Sequence record: NC_052663.1
Length of the DNA: 64,000 nucleotides
Reading direction: 5' to 3' (one strand)
Source: Escherichia phage VEcB
Shown one piece after another: positions 9,571-19,357 of the stretch (its first letter is position 1; each line of letters opens with the position of its first letter). The notes under the pieces were generated by a model. It searched no databases. It was given only the letters and a program-made list of their open reading frames with translations, and was not told where the DNA came from. The position numbers and the translations under genes are program-made.

Positions 9571-9843
9571 ATGTCGGAAAAATTACCTAATGTTTTCTTT
9601 TGTTTTGTAGATTGTGTTACACAAGAAATTATAGTTGACGAAGAAGGTATGTTTACTTATTTTGCATCTGAAGAAGAGGCAAAACTATCAGCTATGAAAT
9701 GTATAAGCCAATTGTCAGTACCTGCTGTCAACAGGTTCGGTATTGCACAGGTGTATAAAACAGTAACAGAGTTTACACCAGATCGAAAACTAACTTTTCT
9801 TAACGTTCACTTTGTTTGTAAGTTTAGTGAACTACGACATTAA
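9571..9843 (+). CDS. hypothetical protein
   Basis: 90-aa ORF. Confidence 0.4.
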   Translation: MSEKLPNVFFCFVDCVTQEIIVDEEGMFTYFASEEEAKLSAMKCISQLSVPAVNRFGIAQVYKTVTEFTPDRKLTFLNVHFVCKFSELRH

Positions 9844-9856
9844 ATCAGGAGTAAAA

Positions 9857-10456
9857 ATGAAAGAATATTGGAGTGGTGAGAAGGGCTTACTAAAGCCAGG
9901 AATGCTTTTACGAGTAAAGAACATGTTGATCACACAAGATTACATAATGCCTAATCCTGGAGCATTAGTAGAATTCCTTACTGCGCGAGATCAACCTGGG
10001 GTTGGTGAAATGTGGATTGTAACGTGGATATCTCTCGATGGTAAATTGCGCGTTGCTCCTATTGACCCAAAACACCTAGAATCTCCTTACGCCAGTATTG
10101 ATCCTCGGATCATAGATTTGGCTAGAGTTTATAAAGCTCGGACTGGTGTAGAATTAAATGTGGAAATTTTAAATCAATGTATTGACTTCTTACCGGAAAA
10201 AGTGCATAATGCTCAACAAGAAGGTAACGGTTTAGAAGTTGTTCTTCTTAATGATGGGATGTTCTCTGGTTTGGCATCCGTAGATTTTCCAATAACATTA
10301 AGATTGTTACCTGGAGAATATGTACTGGATGAAGATACTATTGCTATATCCTCTAAAATTTTAGAACTCATTCCAGGTGCAAGGTGTGTTGGTGATACAT
10401 CTTCCTTGCTGTTTACTCTGAATGAAGAAGCCATTATAGTTAAAAAGGAGAAGTAA
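9857..10456 (+). CDS. hypothetical protein
   Basis: start moved to ATG after AGGAG (ORF track 9812). Confidence 0.5.
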   Translation: MKEYWSGEKGLLKPGMLLRVKNMLITQDYIMPNPGALVEFLTARDQPGVGEMWIVTWISLDGKLRVAPIDPKHLESPYASIDPRIIDLARVYKARTGVELNVEILNQCIDFLPEKVHNAQQEGNGLEVVLLNDGMFSGLASVDFPITLRLLPGEYVLDEDTIAISSKILELIPGARCVGDTSSLLFTLNEEAIIVKKEK

Positions 10457-10611
10457 ATGATGACGTTTATTGTTGGTGTTGTTGTTGGTTATTTTGGTCA
10501 CAAGTACCAAGATGTTATCATCGCTAAAGTTGACGAAGTAATCGAAAAATTTAAATGCTAATTTTTAAAAGGCTGTACTGCTGTGCAGCCTATCTTTCAA
10601 AGGAGAGTAAA

Positions 10612-10785
10612 ATGTTCAAAGATACCAATTATAAATGTGTACATTGTGGTAAATCTTTTGGTGATCACAAAGCTAAAACATTCAATTGTCCACGAAAAGG
10701 GCGAGGTAGCTTTAAAGGTTTTAATCCATCCCACGTTTATTCTCCCGACTACGAGAAACCAGAAGAAGAAAAATTTGTAATCTGA
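10612..10785 (+). CDS. small zinc-finger-like protein
   Basis: start moved to ATG after AAGGAGAG; CxxC...C motif. Confidence 0.4.
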   Translation: MFKDTNYKCVHCGKSFGDHKAKTFNCPRKGRGSFKGFNPSHVYSPDYEKPEEEKFVI

Positions 10786-10794
10786 GGAGGCAAT

Positions 10795-11082
10795 ATGGAA
10801 CTAGTGCAAGAAGTTTATGAAAAACTGAAAGAAGAGAATCTTGATTGGCCTGAACATGCTCTTATTGTCGTCAAAGATACTAATGGTGAAATAAAATTCT
10901 CAAGTGTAAGTGAAGATGATGTTGTTTTAAGTCCTACAGGATATTATATGAGAGGTGTTACGTGTCTATTCAACACCAAAGTGTATCCTGAAATTAAACT
11001 TAGTTACGGTGAACCTGATCATCCAGAAATCGTTACACGTAATGAATATGAAAATTATTATTTTGCTCGTGAAAGCAAATAA
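10795..11082 (+). CDS. hypothetical protein
   Basis: 95-aa ORF with GAGGAGG SD. Confidence 0.45.
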   Translation: MELVQEVYEKLKEENLDWPEHALIVVKDTNGEIKFSSVSEDDVVLSPTGYYMRGVTCLFNTKVYPEIKLSYGEPDHPEIVTRNEYENYYFARESK

Positions 11083-11090
11083 GGAAAACT

Positions 11091-11414
11091 ATGCAAAAAA
11101 TAAACACTGGTTCTCGTCCTAAACAGAAGCAAACAAAAGCAAGGGTATCTTATGTTGACAACTCTTGTTATAATTTCAAAAATGTTAAAGAAGTTATCAT
11201 TGATGAAAAAGAAGGTTTGATTCACATTTCATCTGAACGTTTGAAAGGTAGTGTTACTCTTCGTGAGAATGTATCTATACCTATGAAAGTTGTGGCTACA
11301 CTCTGTGTTGATAAACCAGATGTTGTTAACTACTATGTGTTCCGTGATAGTTGTATTTCATTACATAATAAGATTTTTAAATCTTCGCACGTTAAAACAA
11401 AACACATTGTATAA
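11091..11414 (+). CDS. hypothetical protein
   Basis: 107-aa ORF with AAGGA SD; last gene of plus-strand early array. Confidence 0.45.
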   Translation: MQKINTGSRPKQKQTKARVSYVDNSCYNFKNVKEVIIDEKEGLIHISSERLKGSVTLRENVSIPMKVVATLCVDKPDVVNYYVFRDSCISLHNKIFKSSHVKTKHIV

Positions 11415-11420
11415 CACATA

Positions 11421-11442
11421 AACCCGCTTCGGCGGGTTTTCT
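11421..11442 (+). terminator. rho-independent terminator (CCCGC-TTCG-GCGGG + T-run)
   Basis: GC hairpin followed by TTTT right after stop of 11091-11414. Confidence 0.6.
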
Positions 11443-11787
11443 TGTATGTGTGTTTTTATTTGTCTTAGCATAAACAATAGGAGGTATTATATCTGTAGTT
11501 GTAGAAGGTAGTATTGGTTTCTTAGTAGATAACCCTCACCCTTTCGTGGTTAAGGTTCATATTCAAGAAAAGGTAAGCAACAATACGTGGTTGTGCTTGT
11601 TAGATAGTAAGATACACTCTTATACAGAGGTTTATCTTCACACTTGGCAAATTGGTACGATAACAGCAGAGGATGAATTGATAATTGAACTATATGAACG
11701 AGATCTGTAGATGACTTTATTAGAGAGTATCGTAGTGTTAATCATCTTTATCATTGTTGTCATAGGATATTTTACAGAAGACTAAAA

Positions 11788-11820
11788 TAAAGCCCCTAGA
11801 AGCGATTCTAGGGGCTTTTG
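11788..11820. terminator. bidirectional terminator hairpin
   Basis: AGCCCCTAG...CTAGGGGCT stem flanked by A-run and T-run at convergence of plus and minus blocks. Confidence 0.55.
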
Positions 11821-11885
11821 TTTGCATTAGATAGGGAAACGTATTACTAAAATAAAAAGTGCGTTAGAATGCGTTACAGGAGGTT

Positions 11886-12143
11886 TTAAGAATGCATAAA
11901 ATCTTCTTCAGGGCAGGTTGAGAGATAAGAGATGCACGTTGGGACAACAACAACATTATCTTTAAGGTTTGCAACCAAGCCTTTTGTAATTCCAGCCACT
12001 GCCCCGTTAATATCTGCTTGACGGATACCAAAACCTTGTTGTGCGGATAGATAACAAAATCCCTCACCTTTCTGTTGATTATTATTGAAGTAATAAACGT
12101 AGTGCATCATAAAATGGTCTTTAACGATTTGTTCTGTGGTCAT
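11886..12143 (-). CDS. hypothetical protein
   Basis: 85-aa ORF, last gene of minus-strand block. Confidence 0.4.
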   Translation of the reverse strand: MTTEQIVKDHFMMHYVYYFNNNQQKGEGFCYLSAQQGFGIRQADINGAVAGITKGLVANLKDNVVVVPTCISYLSTCPEEDFMHS

Positions 12144-12157
12144 AATATTCTCCTATA

Positions 12158-12180
12158 AGAAAAGGGGCTTTCGCCCCTTG
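12158..12180 (-). terminator. terminator hairpin GGGGC-GAAA-GCCCC (minus-strand sense) + U-run
   Basis: hairpin immediately downstream of Sir2 gene stop; same motif recurs at 22315 and 35757. Confidence 0.5.
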
Positions 12181-12186
12181 GTCAAG

Positions 12187-12999
12187 TTACTTAGTCAAAT
12201 GATCTTCTATCATTTTTATGAAAGCAGGATTGCTAAAAGCATCTGCTGCCTTTTCTCTGTAAACAAAGACTCCTCTATCTTCGTAAAGAAGAGTTTCTTC
12301 GTAATTAATTCCTGGGTTAACAACAATCATTTTTGTACCCATATTAAGTGCAGGGAATAATTCCCAATTAAAATTGATAACTTGGTTTGAACATCCTACT
12401 ACAACAACCAAATCTTGCATGGTCAAAGTATCAAACAAGTGAGCCATATCTGCATACAAAGGTGCAGCCTCACCAAAAAATACAACATTAGGCTTCACCC
12501 AGTTATAATCATCTATGTTTATACTATTGTAACCAATGTCTACCAGTGTTTTGTAATCTCCAGGATGCATACGGTAAACTACTTCATGGAGATACCCGTG
12601 CACGTGAATAACAGAATCCCTGTCCACACCTGCTCGCTCTAGTAGATCATCGACGTTTGTTGTCAAGTTTACTACTTGGTTAGGATATTCCTTAAACCAC
12701 TTTGCTATTTGAATATGTGCAGCATTAGGTTGTACATCTTTAAGCTCAACACGTCTTTTGTTATAAAATTCGTGTGTTTTGGCATACAAATCCATACCGT
12801 TCTCGTCTACACCACCGACCACTGGAAGATCTGGTGATGTTCTCACACGATAACCTGCTTGGAAAGCTCCAATATCGCAGATCTCTTCTAAATCCCATTC
12901 TTCCCATAGGGCACGACCACTATCTGTGTCTGTTCGGAATGTTCGAATCCCACTATCTGCACTTAAACCAGCTCCACTAACAAAAATTACTCTTCGCAT
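12187..12999 (-). CDS. Sir2-family NAD-dependent protein (deacylase/ADP-ribosyltransferase/NADase fold)
   Basis: GAGLSADSGIRTFR, PNAAH, TTNVDDLLERAG, HVHG and VFFGE motifs; no zinc-ribbon cysteines. Confidence 0.7.
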   Translation of the reverse strand: MRRVIFVSGAGLSADSGIRTFRTDTDSGRALWEEWDLEEICDIGAFQAGYRVRTSPDLPVVGGVDENGMDLYAKTHEFYNKRRVELKDVQPNAAHIQIAKWFKEYPNQVVNLTTNVDDLLERAGVDRDSVIHVHGYLHEVVYRMHPGDYKTLVDIGYNSINIDDYNWVKPNVVFFGEAAPLYADMAHLFDTLTMQDLVVVVGCSNQVINFNWELFPALNMGTKMIVVNPGINYEETLLYEDRGVFVYREKAADAFSNPAFIKMIEDHLTK

Positions 13000-13556
13000 T
13001 CAATATCCTCTTCGTAATCATCATCCCAAGAAGATGCGTCGTAACGCTCTTCCTCTTCGAAATCCCAGTTAATTTCTACCCCAAAATCTAAAAACAATTT
13101 AACAATGTTTTCTGTAGAGTAGTATTTATCATAAGCATTAGCTAATTCCCAATATTTATCACTCAATTTTTTATAAGTAGGATCATTATAGTCATAATCC
13201 ACTTTATAACCATAGTCATACATCTCTTGTTCAGCTTTAAGCATAGCTTCTGGTGTAAGAAGATTAGGGAACGGACGATTTCTTTCTTTTAACTTAGAAG
13301 CGATCCAGTTTGCAACATTCGCCACTTCACCATCTCGATTATCACCTAAACAACTTGCATAATCTCCATCTTCGTAAGTGCCTAAATCCCCACTTACTTC
13401 ATGTACAATAGATGAATACGATCCACACGTTTCACAATCTGAAAAAGTGTCTACTGTTGTAATATCAATAGATAAAACTGGTAAAGCCATAGCTTCTTTC
13501 ACACAAGCCTCCTCATATAATAACATGTCATCAAAACCCATATATCCTCCAGACAA
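12987..13556 (-). CDS. hypothetical highly acidic protein
   Basis: 189 aa, D/E-rich especially at C-terminus. Confidence 0.45.
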   Translation of the reverse strand: MSGGYMGFDDMLLYEEACVKEAMALPVLSIDITTVDTFSDCETCGSYSSIVHEVSGDLGTYEDGDYASCLGDNRDGEVANVANWIASKLKERNRPFPNLLTPEAMLKAEQEMYDYGYKVDYDYNDPTYKKLSDKYWELANAYDKYYSTENIVKLFLDFGVEINWDFEEEERYDASSWDDDYEEDIECEE

Positions 13557-13595
13557 ATAAAGCCCCTGCTTGGGGCTTTGGTTAAGTTTTACGGA

Positions 13596-14204
13596 TTATA
13601 CCAGACTTTTAAGGTACTTGTCAAGGGCTTCTTGATCACCTTGACAAACATAGCAACGGAAGTCTTGAGCAGAAGGTTCTTTGTCCTCGTCCCAATCCCA
13701 GTAGACAGTACCTTTATAACGTGAGCCTGGGAACTCGAAATATGCTGTATGAGTAATATGATGTGGGCCACCCCAAAACTGTGTAAAAGTAAATTGAGGA
13801 TACGCTGCTTTAACTGTATTTTCAAACCAAGTTTTACGATCTAATGCTTCGTTTATAAAATAAGCATGGCGTTCCATTTCATCCCAGTCTTTCCAAACGC
13901 ATTTTTCGTCCAGAGAAAAAACAAAATCTTCACTGTTGAATTCATCTGTATCTTCCAAAATATCATAATCATGTGCACTAGGTATCCACCATCCAGCTTC
14001 TAATAGTGCTTTCACGGGTACAAAACCTTTTTCAGCATATTGATCAAATTCTTTTACTCTACGTACAGTGCAGTATTCATCTTCACCACCAATGTCCAGT
14101 AGACAAGCACCTTTGCGTCTTGCTGCAAGACCATGTGTATCAAAAACTACAACACTACCTTCACCATCTTCACGATCTACTTGATATGCAACTTTTTGAG
14201 TCAT
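13596..14204 (-). CDS. hypothetical protein
   Basis: 202-aa ORF; terminator-like hairpin at 13561-13580. Confidence 0.45.
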   Translation of the reverse strand: MTQKVAYQVDREDGEGSVVVFDTHGLAARRKGACLLDIGGEDEYCTVRRVKEFDQYAEKGFVPVKALLEAGWWIPSAHDYDILEDTDEFNSEDFVFSLDEKCVWKDWDEMERHAYFINEALDRKTWFENTVKAAYPQFTFTQFWGGPHHITHTAYFEFPGSRYKGTVYWDWDEDKEPSAQDFRCYVCQGDQEALDKYLKSLV

Positions 14205-14327
14205 ATTACCCCCAATGTATATGGGAAATTAACCAAAAGATAAATTCCCAAAAACACCAACCAAGAAAAGTTAATGGAATTATAAAAGCTATCAGAGCAG
14301 TCTTCCAGCCTTTCCACAATGTTTCCA

Positions 14328-15317
14328 CTATTCCTCCATACATTTAAGAATATGTGCAATGACAGGTATAGTCCAACCGTTACCTAACATCTTATATGCT
14401 TGTGTGTTACTACTCACTTTAAAGTAGTCATCTGGCACACCTTGCAAACGGCAACACTCTTTAACGGTTAACTTTCTATAATGTACGCCTTCACTCAATT
14501 TTTCAAAAGCATCTAAATATCTTCCAGGTGGAATGTAAGCTAATAGTACGTCTTTCGGCACAGTCGTGAGGCAACGAGTTTTTTCACTGTCCTGAACTTC
14601 CAAACAATGTACCAAACGATCAGTTTTAGATGTACTACGTTTGCCATTTTCATTAATTCTACGCCCATATATTGCTGCTGGATAAAAAACCAGTTGTCTG
14701 CGACTCTTTTCAAAATACTGTTCTATATTACCACCTTTGGCATAATTTGCATCTATGCAATAAGCCTTATCTCTGTCTACAATACTATCATCTTCAATGA
14801 TATCTTGCAACACTTCATTGGTAATATCCCAAGGTTTTATTTCCCAGTTGCACCAGTATAAACGTTGTCTATTCTGTGCCGTGAAATCTGCGGAATTAAT
14901 GAATACGGGATCAACACCTAAGTAACTTGTGATCACGTTTTCCCACTCCACTTTCATCTTAACGTTTTCAAGCATGAACTTAACATTAGGGTTAAACTTT
15001 TTAATATGTTCAAGAATCTCAACATATTCGAAGAATAGCTTAGATCGCGGATCTTGAAAGTTCAAACCCTTACCAGAAGAAGAGAAGCCTTGACACGGAC
15101 TACCACCTAACAAAAGATCAATTTCTCCCCACGGGATATCCCATTCTCTCCATTTTGTAACATCACCTAACTGAATAATATCTGGAAAATTTGCTTGGCT
15201 TTCAGCTACGGCAAATTTGTCTAATTCTGAAGCGTAATATGTATCTACTTCAATACCTGCACTTTTTAGCGCAAGCATTCCTCCTGACATACCATCAAAA
15301 AGACTTAAAACTTTCAT
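14328..15317 (-). CDS. DNA (cytosine-5)-methyltransferase
   Basis: FDGMSGG (motif I), GGSPCQGFS (PCQ motif IV), MLENVK (ENV motif VI). Confidence 0.85.
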   Translation of the reverse strand: MKVLSLFDGMSGGMLALKSAGIEVDTYYASELDKFAVAESQANFPDIIQLGDVTKWREWDIPWGEIDLLLGGSPCQGFSSSGKGLNFQDPRSKLFFEYVEILEHIKKFNPNVKFMLENVKMKVEWENVITSYLGVDPVFINSADFTAQNRQRLYWCNWEIKPWDITNEVLQDIIEDDSIVDRDKAYCIDANYAKGGNIEQYFEKSRRQLVFYPAAIYGRRINENGKRSTSKTDRLVHCLEVQDSEKTRCLTTVPKDVLLAYIPPGRYLDAFEKLSEGVHYRKLTVKECCRLQGVPDDYFKVSSNTQAYKMLGNGWTIPVIAHILKCMEE

Positions 15318-15319
15318 TA

Positions 15320-15730
15320 TTACTTCTTCTCCTTAACACTAACTGGTAATTCTGCCTTGAGGCAGAAGTTTAAACGGTAAGCCTCATTCTCATTTAAAAG
15401 TACAGATTCACACGATAACCAGAACAAGAGATCCTCAATACCAGGGCTGTTAAGCCAACAGTGCAGAAGAGAATGTTGTTCTATATCAATGTAATTTAGT
15501 AACAAGGCTTGTAAGGCGTAACTAGTTCCTGTCGTTTTTGCTTTTTCAAGGATGATATTGTGTTTACTAACAACTTTCTTCCTAAGACCAAACCATTTAT
15601 TAACAACAACAGTCTCCTCTTGTAGTTGTTTTCTTATTTTCTCACATTCTTTAACTACAATCTGCATCTTATCCACTGCTGATTGAAGTTGTTCTTTTGT
15701 TGGGTTTACAAAATAATCACTATAATACAT
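15320..15730 (-). CDS. hypothetical protein
   Basis: 136-aa ORF directly upstream of C5-MTase. Confidence 0.45.
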   Translation of the reverse strand: MYYSDYFVNPTKEQLQSAVDKMQIVVKECEKIRKQLQEETVVVNKWFGLRKKVVSKHNIILEKAKTTGTSYALQALLLNYIDIEQHSLLHCWLNSPGIEDLLFWLSCESVLLNENEAYRLNFCLKAELPVSVKEKK

Positions 15731-15787
15731 GCTAACCTCCTCTTCTGTTTTTCTGTAGTTTATTCGAAAAAACTGGTGTTGTCAACA

Positions 15788-15810
15788 AAAAACCCGCCGA
15801 AGCGGGTTTA
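15788..15810 (-). terminator. rho-independent terminator (ACCCGC-CGAA-GCGGGT)
   Basis: on minus strand hairpin is followed by TTTTTT; downstream of 15813-16070. Confidence 0.55.
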
Positions 15811-15812
15811 TA

Positions 15813-16070
15813 TTATTCTACAGGAATTTCTTCACCAAGAGAAACTTCTAAACGGAATGCTTTACTTTCAATACATTCACTACCTTTTAGAAAATCAAAT
15901 TGCACTATAGACTGACTTAATAGAATAGATAGAATCACATCGCAATCTTCACTAGGAGCTAGATGTTTGTATTCTTCCTTCAAGGTAACATCATAAAAAC
16001 ATAAATCCCCTACTCCTAGTTCATCCCATCCTTCCCACGCATCTACAAAGTTAAACTCTAAACCTTTCAT
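15813..16070 (-). CDS. hypothetical protein
   Basis: 85-aa ORF. Confidence 0.4.
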   Translation of the reverse strand: MKGLEFNFVDAWEGWDELGVGDLCFYDVTLKEEYKHLAPSEDCDVILSILLSQSIVQFDFLKGSECIESKAFRLEVSLGEEIPVE

Positions 16071-16591
16071 ACAACCTCCTCGTAGTTGTTATTGTGTTTT
16101 ACTGTCTCAACATACAATAAAGATTCCATCTGTAATACATTACCAGAAATAATAAACCCATAAGCCATTTCAGATGTGTCTATATCATATGCCCCGTCTT
16201 CCGGTTTAGCAAAGTGTAAAACTATTTCATCTGGGTTTTCTTCATCCCATAGTTTAGAAATTTTCCGAACCAGAATGTTAGCTAAAATAGTTGACATTCG
16301 GGATAAAGCTGTATCCTCATATCTTTTAAAACCTAGCCAATAGAGGTTAAGAATTTCTACTTCTTCTTGTGTTAAGTTTTTGTCTAAAGTAATCAGATCT
16401 GTAGAGCACGGCGTTTTTGTTGAACCTACTGTTACAAAACCTGGAGTGTTATGAAAAACAATCTTAACTTTATCACGTATAAAGTTTAAACCTTGTGCCT
16501 CAACTATATATTGTATTGTAGGTACAATATCGTTTGTTACGTCAATAAAACTATCTTTAATGATGCTTATATTATTTCTGGACAAGACCAT
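16067..16591 (-). CDS. hypothetical protein
   Basis: 174-aa ORF. Confidence 0.45.
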   Translation of the reverse strand: MVLSRNNISIIKDSFIDVTNDIVPTIQYIVEAQGLNFIRDKVKIVFHNTPGFVTVGSTKTPCSTDLITLDKNLTQEEVEILNLYWLGFKRYEDTALSRMSTILANILVRKISKLWDEENPDEIVLHFAKPEDGAYDIDTSEMAYGFIISGNVLQMESLLYVETVKHNNNYEEVV

Positions 16592-17150
16592 TCTCCTCTA
16601 AAATAGGCTTAATAAATTCGAAAATTTGTTTTTTACTTTTACCTCGAATATTAAAACAAGGGACATTAAACTTTTTAGCCAACATCCAAGCTGTTCTTGT
16701 ACCACCTAAAGGATCTCCATTTTTATCTGTATTTGCACAAGCTAAAAGAAAACAAGATGGTTTTGGATTCTCAAGATCTCTTCCAAGAACTTGGTGGATA
16801 TTTCTTTGATGTAATTTTTTAGCACCTTGAGATAATCTGTCCCAAGCTGGATGCAATTCTTTTGCATATTGCAAGGTTAGAGCATAGTTTACACTATCTG
16901 GTCTGTCAAGAACAATAACCTCTCCCTCTATTTCATTACCTTTAAACGAGAGCCAAGGGATGTATATTTCTTTCTTTGTATTGTTCCCACTATCATATAC
17001 CCCGCATTCAAATGCGGAATCTGCACCTTCTGCTTTACCAGATCGCAAAATGAACCATGTAGACAACCATTTTGCAACAGATACCATAGTATCCCATTCT
17101 TCGTCTGTAATATCTCTGCTACCAACACCTGTGTAGAATAAATCGCTCAT
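16572..17150 (-). CDS. DprA/SLOG-like Rossmann-fold protein
   Basis: start moved to internal Met after AAGGAG (ORF track end 17234); GVGSRD...SGKAEGADSAF resembles DprA-type motif. Confidence 0.35.
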   Translation of the reverse strand: MSDLFYTGVGSRDITDEEWDTMVSVAKWLSTWFILRSGKAEGADSAFECGVYDSGNNTKKEIYIPWLSFKGNEIEGEVIVLDRPDSVNYALTLQYAKELHPAWDRLSQGAKKLHQRNIHQVLGRDLENPKPSCFLLACANTDKNGDPLGGTRTAWMLAKKFNVPCFNIRGKSKKQIFEFIKPILEENGLVQK

Positions 17151-17160
17151 GGTTTTCTCC

Positions 17161-17481
17161 TTAACAAGTAATATTGGGAGTAACAATTGGATTAACAATT
17201 GGAGTAATAGGGTACGTAAACCAAGGGCTTCCAATTTCCCAAGGATTATAAGGTCTACGAGGATCGTATGGAGGAGTTACTTCAGGCTTTTTCCAAATCT
17301 CCGCTAATTGTTTCTTCCATTTATCCCTTGCTGTCTCATTATCTTCATCCAACTGTTCATCATTATCTTTTATTTCTGGTTTTGGAAATAAAAGCTCTTT
17401 GACTAACTCAACATCTTCCGTCTCAATAGTAGTTTCTTTCGTAAGTTCTCCTACTGTTTCTTTAATTGTGATTTTATACAT
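17161..17481 (-). CDS. hypothetical proline-rich protein
   Basis: 106-aa ORF. Confidence 0.35.
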   Translation of the reverse strand: MYKITIKETVGELTKETTIETEDVELVKELLFPKPEIKDNDEQLDEDNETARDKWKKQLAEIWKKPEVTPPYDPRRPYNPWEIGSPWFTYPITPIVNPIVTPNITC

Positions 17482-18227
17482 TAGTCCTCCTCTAAAGTAG
17501 AATAAAATTGTAACGTATTTGAATCATCAAAATATGCAAAGGTTAAATTACCATTGAAGCAAGATCCTGTGTCCATATATACCCTATTACTGCTAATTAC
17601 AGGTTTAGGAACATAAGAATGCCCGTGAAATACATAATCTACTCCTGAGACTCTAGGAAGAAGAATCCCTTCAAGTGCGCAATCTATCATATCACGATCC
17701 CACATTAAAGATTCTGTGAATCGAGAAACTTGCTCTTTATTCATATTCAAACAAAATGGCAAAACTTCTGTCACTGGTAAATGTTCCAAAACTGAAGGAT
17801 ACCCACCGTGAATAAAGCCTAGTTTCATATTACGATAATTGACAACAAGTACAACAGGTAAATCTTCTAGCATCAAAGCAAGAGCAGTTGCACCCTCTTC
17901 TCCACACTCGTCTAGAACTGTATGGCCTCCGTTCTGAAACCAACATTCGTAATATCGTCTATCACCTTCTAGCAACCCTTTAATCATCATATCTTCATGA
18001 TTTCCACGAATACCATAACGATTTAGCTTCCTGGTGAATTCAACAACACAACGAAAATTCTGCTTGCCGCGATCTGTAAGATCTCCTAAAGATACAACAA
18101 CATCTTGATCTCGGATACCTAAAGTATTAACACCTTTCTGGTACAAATCAAAGCAACCATGTAAATCACCAATAATAAACAGGTCTTGATCATCTTTTAC
18201 ACTAATTTCTTGATATACTAGCATCAA
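17481..18227 (-). CDS. Ser/Thr protein phosphatase (PPP family, lambda-PPase-like)
   Basis: GDLHG, GDLTDRG, GNHE metallophosphatase motifs. Confidence 0.85.
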   Translation of the reverse strand: MMLVYQEISVKDDQDLFIIGDLHGCFDLYQKGVNTLGIRDQDVVVSLGDLTDRGKQNFRCVVEFTRKLNRYGIRGNHEDMMIKGLLEGDRRYYECWFQNGGHTVLDECGEEGATALALMLEDLPVVLVVNYRNMKLGFIHGGYPSVLEHLPVTEVLPFCLNMNKEQVSRFTESLMWDRDMIDCALEGILLPRVSGVDYVFHGHSYVPKPVISSNRVYMDTGSCFNGNLTFAYFDDSNTLQFYSTLEED

Positions 18228-18550
18228 CTCTCCTCAAAATCCATAAGTATAAAGATATTAACTTTACCTTCTATATTATGTTCTACAACAAGATCTGCAA
18301 ATTCTTTGTAGGCTTTTTCTTCTATTTGTTCAATGTGAGACGCTACATCTTTGTATATAGCGTCACCATCTACTTTAACAAGGAGGAATAGAGATCTCAC
18401 TTCAATCTCTTTATTTTTACGGGGTAGAAAATCGACGGCTTCTTGTATACGCCAGCCGAGATACCCTGGAGTCCTTTGAATATCCTCCAAATGACTTTCT
18501 AAGATTTCCCTTCCTTTGTCTATTAAAGCCTGTTCTGTCGTTATTTTCAT
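18224..18550 (-). CDS. hypothetical protein
   Basis: 108-aa ORF, ATGA-type coupling. Confidence 0.45.
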   Translation of the reverse strand: MKITTEQALIDKGREILESHLEDIQRTPGYLGWRIQEAVDFLPRKNKEIEVRSLFLLVKVDGDAIYKDVASHIEQIEEKAYKEFADLVVEHNIEGKVNIFILMDFEES

Positions 18551-18560
18551 CCCCTTCTCC

Positions 18561-19133
18561 TTAATGTGTTAATGAAACTGCATAACTAAACACAGGTTCA
18601 GATATTACATCGGCTACAGTAATAAAAACGTCTTCGTCTTGAGTTGTTTCTACACGACATACAGTTACACCATTCACCACGAATTCAACGCAATGTGGAA
18701 TATCTTCACAAACGAAGGTAGTGTAAGTAACACCCAAAGCATCATACAAAGATTTAACAGTGTTTGCAAGTGCCGCAGTTTCTTCTTTTTCTGAGACAAT
18801 GAATGCTGTAACAATAAGATTGTTTGCATAGTTTAAACTGTCCTCTATAGCCAATGATTTACAAGGTAGTAATGCAAAATATTTACCTGGTTTAATCAGA
18901 CCTGCTTCCCATTGATTCAAAATTGCCTGGGATGGTTTAGTAATATAAAACAGATTTTCACTTGGGTTATCAATATTACTTCTGGCGATACAACGTGAAG
19001 GATTATTAATATCAAATACATGATCAAAATCTACACAAACAGGTAAACTGAAAGGTGTGAATTTTTTATCTAATAATCCTATGGCTGATAATATGTTTGC
19101 TGTGCTTATCTTCCCGTTAAAAGCTAAACGCAT
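18561..19133 (-). CDS. hypothetical protein
   Basis: 190-aa ORF. Confidence 0.45.
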   Translation of the reverse strand: MRLAFNGKISTANILSAIGLLDKKFTPFSLPVCVDFDHVFDINNPSRCIARSNIDNPSENLFYITKPSQAILNQWEAGLIKPGKYFALLPCKSLAIEDSLNYANNLIVTAFIVSEKEETAALANTVKSLYDALGVTYTTFVCEDIPHCVEFVVNGVTVCRVETTQDEDVFITVADVISEPVFSYAVSLTH

Positions 19134-19144
19134 ATTTAACTCCT

Positions 19145-19348
19145 TTAACTAGCAACCGTAACTTCCGAACTTTCTTCTTTCGTGCTGTCTACGATATGCC
19201 TGGTGGCAATATACGAGACTTGCCAGTTACCATCTGGTGTAGTCTCAATAAGTACCCTATCTACTTCGAGAAAATGCAAAAATTCAACCATCGCTCGCTT
19301 CGATAGGAATTGTTTTTTAACAGTCTCCTCAAAAGATTGAACTGCCAT
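19145..19348 (-). CDS. hypothetical protein
   Basis: 67-aa ORF. Confidence 0.35.
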   Translation of the reverse strand: MAVQSFEETVKKQFLSKRAMVEFLHFLEVDRVLIETTPDGNWQVSYIATRHIVDSTKEESSEVTVAS

Positions 19349-19357
19349 GTTTCCTCC

